Part shown: positions 53,663 to 63,345 of the stretch, in pieces | How positions within the stretch are numbered: position 1 is the first letter of the stretch | Layout: each line of letters begins with the position of its first letter | Source: Armatimonadota bacterium | GTDB lineage: Bacteria; Armatimonadota; SYMT01 | Assembly (NCBI GenBank): GCA_046292385.1 | Contig: JBKBRF010000004.1 | Span: 32,001-96,000 of the forward strand | Length of the DNA: 64,000 nucleotides | Reading direction: 5' to 3' | The notes under the pieces: model-generated | The model's input: the letters and a program-made list of their open reading frames with translations, nothing else | What the model was told of the DNA's origin: nothing | Databases searched by the model: none | Position numbers and translations under genes: made by a program

Positions 53663-54756
53663 GCCTGCAAGTCCTTCGTCCCGATCTCCCGGCGCCGCCG
53701 CGAGAAGAGCCCGAAGACCGAGATCTCGCGTCCGCCCATCAGCCCTTGCGGCCGGGTCAGCATCAGGACGATCAGCATCAGCGCATAGAGCACCATCCGG
53801 AGCTGCTCAACGGCGCCGCCGAGCGGCCCGAGCATCGGCGCGATCGTGCGCAGCACCTCCGGAAGGATCGTCAGGAGGATCGCGGCGATGATGCAGCCGC
53901 TGATGCTGCCGAGCCCGCCGAGCACCACCATCACCACGATCAGGATCGAGTCGAGGAAGCCGGCGGCCGTCGGCTGGATGCTGCCCTGGGTGTGCGCGAA
54001 CAGCGCGCCCGCGGTGCCGGCGAAGAAGGCGCCAATCATGAAGGCGGCGACCTTGTACCGGGTCAGGGACACCCCCATCGACTCCGCGGCGATCTCGTCC
54101 TCCCGGATCGCCAGCAGGGCGCGCCCGAAGCCGGACGCCGCGATGTTCCGGTTTGCCAGCACCGTCAGGAAAACCATCAGGTACATCCAGAAGAAGTTGG
54201 TGATCGGCGGGATTCCGTTGAACCCGAGGCTGCCGCCGAGCGGCTGGATGTGCTCGATGATGACGCGCACCACCTCGCCGAAGCCGAGCGTGACGATCGC
54301 CAGGTAATCGCCCCGGAGCCGGAGGGAGGGGAGACCGACCACGAACCCCATCGCCGCGGCAAAGAGCCCCGCCACGACGAGGCTGGCGGCGAAGAGCAGG
54401 TTCCAGCTAAGCGGCGCCGCGCCCGGGAACCAGGTGCCGGCCGGCCCGAGGACTCGCGCTCCGAGGTAGACGGTCACCGCGCCGGCGGCGTAGCCTCCGA
54501 TCGCGGCGAAGGCCGCGTGCCCGAGGCTGAACTGGCCGGCGAGCCCGTTGATCAGGTTGAGACTGACCGCCAGGATGATCCAGCGGCCCATCTCCAGCAC
54601 CACCGGATAGTAGACGGCGAACTGCTTGTAGAACCAGAGCTTCTGTAGGTCCGGGCGGGTCAGCACCGCCTGGAACATCGCGGTGGCCCACCAGTTGGCG
54701 GCCAGCAGCGCGCCGATGATGATGGCTCCCCAGAGCAGGCGCTTCCAGATCGCCAT
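53659..54756 (-). CDS. livM: Branched-chain amino acid ABC permease
   Basis: GQFSLGHAAF, LRLRGDYLAIVTLGFGE, AIREDEIAA. Confidence 0.95.
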   Translation of the reverse strand: MAIWKRLLWGAIIIGALLAANWWATAMFQAVLTRPDLQKLWFYKQFAVYYPVVLEMGRWIILAVSLNLINGLAGQFSLGHAAFAAIGGYAAGAVTVYLGARVLGPAGTWFPGAAPLSWNLLFAASLVVAGLFAAAMGFVVGLPSLRLRGDYLAIVTLGFGEVVRVIIEHIQPLGGSLGFNGIPPITNFFWMYLMVFLTVLANRNIAASGFGRALLAIREDEIAAESMGVSLTRYKVAAFMIGAFFAGTAGALFAHTQGSIQPTAAGFLDSILIVVMVVLGGLGSISGCIIAAILLTILPEVLRTIAPMLGPLGGAVEQLRMVLYALMLIVLMLTRPQGLMGGREISVFGLFSRRRREIGTKDLQA

Positions 54757-54757
54757 C

Positions 54758-55714
54758 TCAGACCTTCTCCTTCGCGGTGGTGCCCATGATCCCGGACGGC
54801 CGCACGATCAGGATCAGGATCAGGATCCCGAAGGCGACGGCGTCCTTCCACGTGGAGTCGAGGCCGAAATTCGCGCCGTAGCCGGTCACCAGCGTCTCGG
54901 TGAGTCCCATGACGAAGCCGCCGATTAGGGCGCCCGGGATACTCCCGATTCCGCCCAGCACCGCCGCCACGAACGCCTTCAAGCCGGTGTAGAGCCCCAT
55001 CATCGGCTCTACCGTCGTGGGCTTGTCGAGCGCGTAGAGCACGCCGGCCGCGGCCGCCAGGGCAGAGCCGAAGGCGAAGGTGTAGAGGATCACGCGGTCG
55101 GTCGGAATCCCCATCAGCGAGGCGGCCTCGCGGTCCGCGGAGACGGCGCGCATCGCCTTGCCGACGCGGGTCTTGCGGATGATCAGCTCCAGCCCCACCA
55201 TCAGCGCGATCGCCACGACGAACGTGATCACCTGGACCGCGCTCAGCTGGAGGTTGCCCCAGAGCGGCACGCTCATCTCCGGAATGATGCCGGTGGGGAA
55301 CGCCCGCTGCTGCGGGCCGAACGGGATCTCCACGGGGCCGAGGCGGAGCACCGGGGGGAGCTGGCCGCCGTACTCCAGCAGGAGCGAGACTCCGATGGCG
55401 GTGATCAGCGTGTTCAGCCGTGGAGCCGAGCGGAGCCGGCGGTACGCGAAGCGCTCGATCGCCATGCCGACCAGGGCGCAGGCGACCATCGCGACCACGA
55501 TCACGAGGATCACCGAGCCCCAGCCGGCCCGCTGTGAGACACCGAGACCGACCGCGGCGAACAGCCCCGAGTAGGCGCCCAGCATGAAGACGTCGCCGTG
55601 GGCGAAGTTGATCAGCCGGAGCACCCCGTAGACCATCGTGTAGCCCAGGGCGATCAGCGCGTAGGTCGCGCCGAGGTGCGAGCCGTTGATCAACTGTTGA
55701 ACGAATTGCTCCAC
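54758..55714 (-). CDS. livH: Branched-chain amino acid ABC permease
   Basis: ALGYTMVYGVLRLINFAHG, KAFVAAVLGGIGSIPG. Confidence 0.95.
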   Translation of the reverse strand: MEQFVQQLINGSHLGATYALIALGYTMVYGVLRLINFAHGDVFMLGAYSGLFAAVGLGVSQRAGWGSVILVIVVAMVACALVGMAIERFAYRRLRSAPRLNTLITAIGVSLLLEYGGQLPPVLRLGPVEIPFGPQQRAFPTGIIPEMSVPLWGNLQLSAVQVITFVVAIALMVGLELIIRKTRVGKAMRAVSADREAASLMGIPTDRVILYTFAFGSALAAAAGVLYALDKPTTVEPMMGLYTGLKAFVAAVLGGIGSIPGALIGGFVMGLTETLVTGYGANFGLDSTWKDAVAFGILILILIVRPSGIMGTTAKEKV

Positions 55715-55763
55715 GTTGGGGCAGCCTATCGATCGTTAACGCGGTCCGGTTGAGCGACGGTCG

Positions 55764-56969
55764 TTACGGAGCGATGGTCGTGACCAGCGGGAAGACGGCC
55801 TTGCCGTCTCGCTCCTCCACCTTCACGACGACGGCCGACTTCACCGGGTTGTGCTGGGCGTCGATGCTGACGCGGCCGGCGACCCCGTTGAACTCCTTCG
55901 TCTGCTCCAGCGCGTCCCGGATCGCCTGGCGCTCCATGGAGCCGGCGCGGCGCGCGGCGTCGACCACCAGCTTCACCGAGTCGTATCCGAGGGCCGCCAG
56001 CGCGTTCGGCTCCTCGTTGAACTTTCGGCGGTAGGCTTCCACGAACTCCTTCACCTCGGGCCGATCTTCTTCCGGAGAGAAGTGGTTGCTGAAGTAGCAG
56101 TCGGTGAAGTACTGCGCGCCGACGCTGGTGAGGGTGGGGGAGTCCCAGCCGTCGCCACCGACCACCGGCACCTGAAGGCCGAGGGTGCGCGCCTGCTGGA
56201 TGATCAGGCCCGCCTCGCGGTAGTAGCCGGGGATGACGAGCACTTCCGGGTTGAGGCCCTGGATGCGGGTGAGCTGCGAGCGGAAGTCGGCGTCGCCTTC
56301 GGAGTAGGCTTCCTCCGCCACGATCTGCCCGCCGTTCTGGGTGAAGTAGTCCCGGAACCCGTTGGCGAGACCGACGCTGTAGGCGTTCTTCACGTCCTTC
56401 AGCACCGCCGCGCGGGAGAGCTTCAGGTGCTCCCGCACGAACTGCCCCATCACCCGGCCCTGGAACGGATCGGTGAAGCAGACGCGGAAGACGTAGGGGC
56501 GAGTCAGCCCGGAGCGGGGATCCACGGTAACGTCGGGATTGGTGGACGAGGGCGAGACCATCGGCACGCGGGCGGGGTCGACCACCTGCGCCGCCGCGAT
56601 GGAGCGGCTGCTGGCGACCTCGCCGACGATGGCATTGACCTGGTACTGGCTGATCAGACGGTTGACGACGAGCGGCGCCTGGGCCTGCTGGCTCTGGTCG
56701 TCCAGCGTGGTGACGTCCACCTTCAGGTTGCCGGAGCCGCTAATCTCCTCCGCCGCCAGCTTGACCCCGTTATCGGTAGTCTGGCCGAACATCGCGGTGT
56801 TGCCGGTGAGGCTGGCGAAGTGACCGATCTTGAGCGTGCCGCTCAGGTCGCTTCCGGGGGTGCTGGTGCCGGAATTCCCGGTGGTCTGATCCACCGGGGG
56901 CGGCGGGCAGCCGGCCAGCATCGCCGCGGCGAGACCGACCGCACAGACGAGGGAGAGCTTTCTAATCAC
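55764..56969 (-). CDS. livK: Branched-chain amino acid ABC substrate-binding lipoprotein
   Basis: LAGC lipobox after GTG start; GEVASSRS, SPSSTNP, FRVCFTDPFQG, GGDGWD. Confidence 0.9.
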   Translation of the reverse strand: MIRKLSLVCAVGLAAAMLAGCPPPPVDQTTGNSGTSTPGSDLSGTLKIGHFASLTGNTAMFGQTTDNGVKLAAEEISGSGNLKVDVTTLDDQSQQAQAPLVVNRLISQYQVNAIVGEVASSRSIAAAQVVDPARVPMVSPSSTNPDVTVDPRSGLTRPYVFRVCFTDPFQGRVMGQFVREHLKLSRAAVLKDVKNAYSVGLANGFRDYFTQNGGQIVAEEAYSEGDADFRSQLTRIQGLNPEVLVIPGYYREAGLIIQQARTLGLQVPVVGGDGWDSPTLTSVGAQYFTDCYFSNHFSPEEDRPEVKEFVEAYRRKFNEEPNALAALGYDSVKLVVDAARRAGSMERQAIRDALEQTKEFNGVAGRVSIDAQHNPVKSAVVVKVEERDGKAVFPLVTTIAP

Positions 56970-57081
56970 GGTAGCGGTCCTCGGCCGCCGGAGCGGCCCT
57001 GAATCTGAGAGGTTATCCTCGAAATCTACGGTGGCGAATGCCGGACGGTTACCGGACCGGGGGCGGCGGCCTCGTCGTCGC

Positions 57082-57963
57082 TCAATCGTTTTCGATGGTG
57101 CGGGCACCTGGAGTAAGCACGTCGACAACGGCGCGGAGGTGGTCGGGCGTCGCGCCGCAGCAGCCAGCAAACAGCCGAACGCCCACCTTCCGGTACTCTA
57201 TCGCGGCAGCCGCAAAGGCGTCCGGCCCGAGAGTGTACCGCGCGCGTCCCTCCGTCATCTCCGGCAGGCCGGCGCTGGGCGCCGCCAGGACCGGCGCGAT
57301 GCGCGCCACCGCCAGCCGCGCCGCCGGCTCCAGGAGTGCTCCCGGCCCGGCTCCGCAGTTCACCCCGACCACGGCGGCTCCGGCGGCTCGAAGACGTTCT
57401 GCCGCGTCCAACAGGTCAGAGCCATCCAGCAGCCGCCCGGCGGCGTCCGGCACTACCGTCGCCCAGACCTCGCCAAGCGCGGCCGCGGCCCGCACCGCCG
57501 CGGCGCCTTCCGGCAGGCTGACAATCGTTTCGACCAGGAACGCGCTCACCCCTCCCGCGGCAAGCGCTTCGGCCTGCTCGGCGTAGGCGCTCTCCCACGC
57601 GGAGGCGGGCCCCCGGCTCGGCCCCAGCGTCCCGAGCACCGGCAGTCCGGGCGCCGCCTCCCGGGCGATCCGGGCGGCGGCGGCGTTGAGCTCCGCGACC
57701 CCGTAGGGTAGACCCGCCGCCGCGAGGGCAGTTCGAGTGGCTCCGAAGCTATTGGTCTGCACCCACGCCGCACCGGCGCCCGCGAAGGCGTGGTGGACCG
57801 CCGCCACCGCCTGGGGACGCTCGAGGCAGAAGCGGTCGGCCGGCTCTCCGAGCGGCAGGCCCATGTCCTGCAGCAGGGTGCCCATCGCCCCGTCGCCGAC
57901 CGCGACGCCGCTGTGGGACAGGAGCGACTCAACCAGCGAGCCGCGGTCCGCACGAGGGCTCAA
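57082..57963 (-). CDS. Homocysteine S-methyltransferase family protein
   Basis: DGAMGT, TNSFG, GVNCG, GCCG Zn ligands; TTG start overlaps the upstream stop. Confidence 0.85.
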   Translation of the reverse strand: MSPRADRGSLVESLLSHSGVAVGDGAMGTLLQDMGLPLGEPADRFCLERPQAVAAVHHAFAGAGAAWVQTNSFGATRTALAAAGLPYGVAELNAAAARIAREAAPGLPVLGTLGPSRGPASAWESAYAEQAEALAAGGVSAFLVETIVSLPEGAAAVRAAAALGEVWATVVPDAAGRLLDGSDLLDAAERLRAAGAAVVGVNCGAGPGALLEPAARLAVARIAPVLAAPSAGLPEMTEGRARYTLGPDAFAAAAIEYRKVGVRLFAGCCGATPDHLRAVVDVLTPGARTIEND

Positions 57964-58370
57964 GCGAGCTCCGTCCCGCTCGTCGCGCTGACGAGGCGCC
58001 CGAACCGCACGTCGCGAGCGCTGATCTGGGCGTCGGCCCAGGCGCCGACCGCGGGCGCGGCCCCGCGAGCTACCGTCACCTCCAGCACGGAGTGCTGCTC
58101 CAGCGGCACCTGCAGACGGGAGAGCACCTCCACGTCGCCCGTCGGCAGCGCGTCGGAGCGGCCGCCCGCGGCCCGGACGAGTGTGAGCGTGCCGACCACC
58201 TCGCGGGCCTCGCCGTCCGCCATCCAGTCGTGCGCGACCAGGTAATCGCGGATGGCGTCCCGGACCGCCTCCGAGCGGGAGACGTAGCCTTTGCCAGCGC
58301 ACACCTCGTCGAAGGTGGCGAGGAGGTCCGGCGGAAGAGAGATGGTGAATCGGGCGACCGAATCAGGCAT
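57960..58370 (-). CDS. NikR-like ribbon-helix-helix regulator with degenerate metal site
   Basis: RFTISLP..LL..FD....KGY.SRSEAVRDAIR; VGTLTLV; LEV...G; V.FGRL. Confidence 0.85.
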   Translation of the reverse strand: MPDSVARFTISLPPDLLATFDEVCAGKGYVSRSEAVRDAIRDYLVAHDWMADGEAREVVGTLTLVRAAGGRSDALPTGDVEVLSRLQVPLEQHSVLEVTVARGAAPAVGAWADAQISARDVRFGRLVSATSGTELA

Positions 58371-58583
58371 GGGGTTACTCCGGGGAAGCAGTTGCCGGCT
58401 CCGCCTCGACATTCCTTCGCCCGGCGGCGGAAGGCTCCCCGAAACCGGCGGTTTTTGCTACGATAGGTAGGAACCAGCCCCCGAGGTCCCGTGTCTCACT
58501 CAGTGACATCAGCGAATAGTCCACATGCCGGGCAAGCCCCTGGGTAGAGAGCCGGCGTGTGGGTGAAGGAAATAGAGATCAGA

Positions 58584-58775
58584 ATGGTACGCCGAGTTTG
58601 GATGCTGGCAGCCCTGCCGGCGGTCGCCGCCTCGCTGCTCCTGGCCAGCGCCGGGGTCTCGCAGGCGGTCGCCCCGGAGACGCCGTCACAGAAATGGGCA
58701 CGCAAGAGGGACCCGGATCCGCCGCGGCCCCCGAAGAAGTCGCTTCAGGACCAGCTGGTACCGCAGCACGCCTGA
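58584..58775 (+). CDS. Small secreted peptide (63 aa)
   Basis: Purine-rich RBS; signal peptide ending SQA; TGATG coupling to the next gene. Confidence 0.6.
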   Translation: MVRRVWMLAALPAVAASLLLASAGVSQAVAPETPSQKWARKRDPDPPRPPKKSLQDQLVPQHA

Positions 58776-59755
58776 TGCAGGAGCATTTCCGCTCCCGGAC
58801 CGTTCCACCGCTAGTACTCGGAGCCCTCGGGGCGGTACTCGCGCTCCTGGCGGCCCTGGACAAGCTATTCGGACTGGTACAGCGCCCGCTCTTCCTCGCG
58901 ACGCTGGCCTATGCCTCGCTGTTCGGACTGGTTGCGTGGGCTTTCCTACGCGGCATCCAGCTCCGGCCGGCGAGGCTTTTCCGGCTCAGCCTCTACGCTG
59001 CCGCCCTGCTGCTGCTGGTCCTCACTTCCGCCTACGTCTTTGCCTGGCGGCTGAGTGCCGACCCCACGCCGGTCATCCTGCAGCGGGAGCTCTCCCAGGC
59101 CCGCGCGCTGGTGGACGCCGGTGAGCTGGACCGCGCGCACCTGATCTACCGGGAGGCTTACCGGCGCTTTCCCAACAGCTTTCCAGTGCTGATGGGGCTG
59201 GGCGCGGTGACCTACCAGACGACCGACTACGATCGCGCGCGTCGCTATTACGAGCGGGCGCTGGCGGTGGCGCCGCCCGAATCGCGCTGGCGCGCTCTCA
59301 ATGACCTCGGCCAGACCCTGTGGAAGCTGAAGCGCCCCGAAGAGGCGATCGAGCTCTACCTGCAGGCGGAGAAGGCGGGGATGCCCCGCTCCGAGCGGAT
59401 CGAGTGGCACTACCGGCTGGCGTGGGCCTACTTCGACCTCGACGAATACGACCTCGCGATTCATCATTACCTGCAGGTGGCGGAAGCGGGCGGCAAGTAC
59501 GCGGCGGCGAGCTACTACAACGCCGCCTGTGCCCAGGCCCAGAAGCTGGAGCAGACGAGCGACCCCGAGGAGCGCGCGGAGCTGGCCGAGGCCGCGGTCG
59601 AGAACCTGCGCCGGAGCTGGCAGACCGCGGAATCCGCCGAGGAGCGCCAGGACCTCCGCGCGGGAGTCTTCGGCACCGGCGAGGAGCGGGACCCGGACCT
59701 GGAGCCGCTGCGCGGTACCCCGGCCCTCACCCAGCTGGCCCGGGAGCTGCAGTAG
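58775..59755 (+). CDS. Membrane protein (about 3 TM) with C-terminal TPR repeats
   Basis: Hydrophobic helices; several TPRs; YNAACAQA...RDPDLEPLR terminal TPR motif. Confidence 0.85.
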   Translation: MQEHFRSRTVPPLVLGALGAVLALLAALDKLFGLVQRPLFLATLAYASLFGLVAWAFLRGIQLRPARLFRLSLYAAALLLLVLTSAYVFAWRLSADPTPVILQRELSQARALVDAGELDRAHLIYREAYRRFPNSFPVLMGLGAVTYQTTDYDRARRYYERALAVAPPESRWRALNDLGQTLWKLKRPEEAIELYLQAEKAGMPRSERIEWHYRLAWAYFDLDEYDLAIHHYLQVAEAGGKYAAASYYNAACAQAQKLEQTSDPEERAELAEAAVENLRRSWQTAESAEERQDLRAGVFGTGEERDPDLEPLRGTPALTQLARELQ

Positions 59756-59791
59756 CCGCCGATCGGCTGACAGACCGCAGGTGAGGACCGC

Positions 59792-60307
59792 ATGCACGAC
59801 CCGGGTTACCGCTTCTGTCCCCGCTGCGGCGGCGGGCTCACTTCCCGCTGTATCAAGGCCGGCGAGCCGGACCGCCTCTGCTGCGACGGCTGCGAGTTCG
59901 TCTTCTACCTCGATCCCAAGCTCGCCGCGGGAGCGGTGCTCACCTACCGGGGCCGCGTGCTGCTGCTGCGCCGCGCCATCGAGCCGGCCTATGGCAAGTG
60001 GATCTTCCCCGGCGGCTTCGTCGACCGCGGCGAGCATCCGGAGTACGCCGCCGCCCGCGAGGCGATGGAAGAAGCCGGCGTGGAAGTGCGCCTGGACGCC
60101 CTCCTCGGCATCTACAGCCTCCCGCCGGGCAGTCCGGTCGTGATCGTGGTCTACCACGGCGAGGTGACCGGCGGGGAGCCGGCCGCCCTCGACGAGAGCC
60201 TGGAGGTCGGCCTCTTCCACCCGGCCGAGATCCCGTGGGACGACCTCGCCTTCGCCACTACCCGCCAGGCCCTGCAGGACTACCTGGCCCGCAGGGCAGA
60301 GGGATGA
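59792..60307 (+). CDS. NUDIX hydrolase with N-terminal zinc ribbon
   Basis: FCPRCG...CDGC; PGGFVDRGE...AAAREAMEEAG Nudix box. Confidence 0.93.
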   Translation: MHDPGYRFCPRCGGGLTSRCIKAGEPDRLCCDGCEFVFYLDPKLAAGAVLTYRGRVLLLRRAIEPAYGKWIFPGGFVDRGEHPEYAAAREAMEEAGVEVRLDALLGIYSLPPGSPVVIVVYHGEVTGGEPAALDESLEVGLFHPAEIPWDDLAFATTRQALQDYLARRAEG

Positions 60308-60496
60308 GGGGGAGCCTTTAGGACGGAGTGCAGAGGGCGGAGTGCGGAATTCGAACCCTGTGCACGAGGGGTTCGCGCCTCGGGCCATGACTGCGGTACA
60401 GTAACGTCGTCCGTGAGCGCCTCCCCGGGCCCGCGGGCACTCCACCGCTGCTCTTCCGCCGAATGCGCCGCTTCCCGGCGGCCCGAGGAAACCGAG

Positions 60497-60949
60497 ATGA
60501 CGATGCTGTCCCGCGTTCGCCGCACCTTCCCCTGGCTGCTCGCCGCGTGCGCCTCCTGCGCTGCGATTACCGCCTGGACCGCGGAGCCGCAGAGCCCCTC
60601 CATCGCCCGCGACTCCCGGCTCTTCGAGATGCGCACCTACTATGCCGCTCCGGGCAAGTTCGAAGCGCTCCATGCCCGGTTCCGCGACCATACCAACCGG
60701 CTCTTCAAGAAGCACGGGATGCAGCTGGTGGGCTACTGGGTGCCGACGGACAAGGAGAAGGGCTCCGAAAACACCCTGATCTACGTGCTGGCGTTCCCCA
60801 GCAAAGAAGCGCGGGAAGCGAGCTTCCGGGCGTTCGGCAGCGATCCGGAGTGGAAGGCCGCGCATGCCGCGTCGGAGGCAAACGGGAAGCTGGTCGACAA
60901 GATCGAAAGCGTCTTCATGAACGCCACCGACTACTCACCGATCAAGTAG
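60497..60949 (+). CDS. NIPSNAP family protein with signal peptide
   Basis: [38 protein letters not shown]. Confidence 0.9.
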   Translation: MTMLSRVRRTFPWLLAACASCAAITAWTAEPQSPSIARDSRLFEMRTYYAAPGKFEALHARFRDHTNRLFKKHGMQLVGYWVPTDKEKGSENTLIYVLAFPSKEAREASFRAFGSDPEWKAAHAASEANGKLVDKIESVFMNATDYSPIK

Positions 60950-60988
60950 CCGAGCGGGAACGGGGGCGTGCTCGGCAGCCTGCGCATC

Positions 60989-61033
60989 CCACCCCAGTCA
61001 TCCTGGAACTGGCGTTCAGGATGACTGGGGTGG
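60989..61033. repeat. 17-bp perfect inverted repeat (REP-like/terminator) between convergent genes
   Basis: CCACCCCAGTCATCCTG ... CAGGATGACTGGGGTGG; followed by (GAGAAG)n-like repeats at about 61072-61103. Confidence 0.75.
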
Positions 61034-61174
61034 TGGCCGATGCGGTCCAGCATCACCCCGAGTGGGCATTGGAGAACGAGAAGGAGAAAGAGAAGGAGAA
61101 GGAGCTAAGCTCGGTTGGCTTCCCATCCCCCTCATCCCCGTTCCCACATCCCCTTATCTCCTTTTCTTACACCC

Positions 61175-62611
61175 TCACCCGCGAGCGAGCAGCGCCGGGA
61201 TGTGCTTGCCGTGGCCGTCTCGGGTGACGTAGAACGGGCGCTTTTCTACCTCGTAGCCCAGGTTCGGCGGGATGCCGACGGTGTGGTGGATCGTGGCGTG
61301 CAGGTCCTCGATCACGACCGGATTCTCGATCGTCTTGCACGGACGCTCGTCCGCGGTCTTGCCGTAGACGAAGCCCTTCTTCACCCCGCCGCCGAAGAGG
61401 AGCACGCTGCCGGCGTCGGTGAAGTGGCGGTGCATGCCGTAGTGCTTCGGCTCCTGCATCACGTCCGGCACTTCCACCTGGTTCGTCACGGTGGCGCCCG
61501 GCTTGCCCTCGGTCATCATGTCCCGGCTGAATTCGCTGGCGAGCACGATGAGCGTGCGGTCGAGCAGTCCCCGCTCCTCCAGGTCTCGTACGAGCTGGGC
61601 GATCGGGGCGTCGATCTGCCGCTTCATCTCCACCAGGCGGGAGTGGCCGTTATCGTGCGTGTCCCACCCGAAGAACGGCACGTACTCCGTGGTCACCTCG
61701 ATGTAGCGCGCGCCGGCTTCGGTGAGCCGCCGGGCCAGCAGGCAGCCGAGGCCGAAGCGGCCGGTGTTGTAGACGTCGTACGACTTCTTCGGCTCGAGGT
61801 TGAGGTCGAACGCCTTCGCGGCGGGGGAGCTGAGGAGCCGGTGGGCGTTGTCGAGCGACCGCAGGAGCGATTCCTTCTGGTAGTCGCTGCCGTAGCGCTG
61901 CACCGGGTTCTTCTCCAGCAGCTTCTGGTAGAAGGCGCGCCGGTTCTCGAAGCGGCTCGGGCTCATGCCCTTCGGGGGACGTACGGCGTCCATCGCCTGC
62001 TCCGGGTACGGGATGTTGAACGGGCCGTACTCGCTGCCGAGGAAGCCGGCGGTGGTGAACGCCTTGAGCTCCTCGCCCTCGCCCACGTCGAACCGCTGCC
62101 CGATGTTGATGAACGGCGGAACCGCGTCGTTCTTCGGTCCCAGCGCCTTCGCGATCCAGGCGCCCAGGTGCGGGGCCGCCACGGTCTGCGGAGGCGCGTA
62201 GCCGGTGTGCCAGTAGTACTGGTGGCGCGAGTGGAGGATGAAGCCGAGGTCCGGACCGGTGTAGGTGCGGATCAGCGTGCCGCGGTCCATCACCGCGCCG
62301 ATCTTCTCCAGCCCTTCGGAGAAGCGGAGGCCGTCGACGACGGTCGGGATCGACGGGAAGGTGCTGAGCACCGCGGAAGAGGGCAGCCCCTTTTCGAACG
62401 GGGTGTAGCGCTTCGGGTCGAACGTCTCCGTGTGGGCCATGCCGCCGCCCATCCAGAGCACGATGACGGTGTCGGCGGTCGCCTTTTCCTTCGCCACGCG
62501 GCGGTCCACCTCTGCGGTGACCTGCCGCGGGGCACCGGCGGCGAGCGCCGCCAGGGTGGCCGCGCCGGCCGTCTTCAGGAAATCACGCCGCTTGAGCTGG
62601 TCCCGGTCCAT
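61175..62611 (-). CDS. DUF1501 domain protein (Tat substrate)
   Basis: KRRDFLK; LWMGGGMAHTETFDPK; GCLLARRL; WDTH; SEFSR; DLHATI. Confidence 0.9.
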   Translation of the reverse strand: MDRDQLKRRDFLKTAGAATLAALAAGAPRQVTAEVDRRVAKEKATADTVIVLWMGGGMAHTETFDPKRYTPFEKGLPSSAVLSTFPSIPTVVDGLRFSEGLEKIGAVMDRGTLIRTYTGPDLGFILHSRHQYYWHTGYAPPQTVAAPHLGAWIAKALGPKNDAVPPFINIGQRFDVGEGEELKAFTTAGFLGSEYGPFNIPYPEQAMDAVRPPKGMSPSRFENRRAFYQKLLEKNPVQRYGSDYQKESLLRSLDNAHRLLSSPAAKAFDLNLEPKKSYDVYNTGRFGLGCLLARRLTEAGARYIEVTTEYVPFFGWDTHDNGHSRLVEMKRQIDAPIAQLVRDLEERGLLDRTLIVLASEFSRDMMTEGKPGATVTNQVEVPDVMQEPKHYGMHRHFTDAGSVLLFGGGVKKGFVYGKTADERPCKTIENPVVIEDLHATIHHTVGIPPNLGYEVEKRPFYVTRDGHGKHIPALLARG

Positions 62612-62699
62612 CAGTCTACCTCCAAGTTAGAAGTGTACCATCGGCGGCTCCGGAGCGCCAGGGGTGTGGCTGTGTTATCCTGGCGAGCGGGAGGGTGCC

Positions 62700-63284
62700 T
62701 TGCTCAAGAACGTCTGTGTCTTCTGTGGCTCGAGCTCCGGCAGCCGGCCGGAGTACCGCGAGGCGGCTCGCGAGGTGGGCCGGGCGCTGGCCCGGCGCGG
62801 GATCGGGCTCGTCTACGGCGGCGGGAACATCGGCCTGATGGGAGAGGTGGCGGAGGCCGCCCTCCAGGCCGGCGGCAGGGTGACCGGAGTGATTCCACAG
62901 GCCCTGCTGGCGCGAGAAGTGGGGCACCGGGGCCTGACCGAGCTGGTAGTGGTCCACTCCATGCACGAGCGGAAAGCGCTGATGGCGGAGCGGTCGGACG
63001 CGTTCCTGGCGCTCCCGGGCGGATTCGGCACCTTCGAGGAGTTCTGCGAAGCGATCACCTGGACGCAGCTCGGCGTCCACCGCAAGCCGTGCGGGCTGCT
63101 GAACGTCGCCGGCTTCTACGACCCGCTGCTGGCGCTCTTCGACCACGCCGTGTCGGAAGGCTTTCTTCACCCGCAGCACCGCGAGATCGTGCTGGTCCGG
63201 AACGAGATCGAGCCGCTCCTCGATGCCTTCGCGGGCTACATCCCGCAAGACGTGGAAAAGTGGCTCGACCGCGACGAAACGTGA
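62700..63284 (+). CDS. LOG family (TIGR00730-type) nucleotide phosphoribohydrolase
   Basis: VCVFCGS, VYGGG..GLMG, MHERK, LPGGFGTFEE. Confidence 0.95.
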   Translation: MLKNVCVFCGSSSGSRPEYREAAREVGRALARRGIGLVYGGGNIGLMGEVAEAALQAGGRVTGVIPQALLAREVGHRGLTELVVVHSMHERKALMAERSDAFLALPGGFGTFEEFCEAITWTQLGVHRKPCGLLNVAGFYDPLLALFDHAVSEGFLHPQHREIVLVRNEIEPLLDAFAGYIPQDVEKWLDRDET

Positions 63285-63345
63285 GGCCGCAGCGCGGAAG
63301 GCCCGTTTTGGTGGACGGACCTCCCGCTGCGGCGTAGGAGTGAAG

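Noticed and set aside
60320..60375. GGGTTCGAATTCC (minus strand) resembling a tRNA T-arm
   Set aside because: No acceptor stem, D-arm or anticodon arm can be built; it is flanked by GGAGTGC-type repeats.
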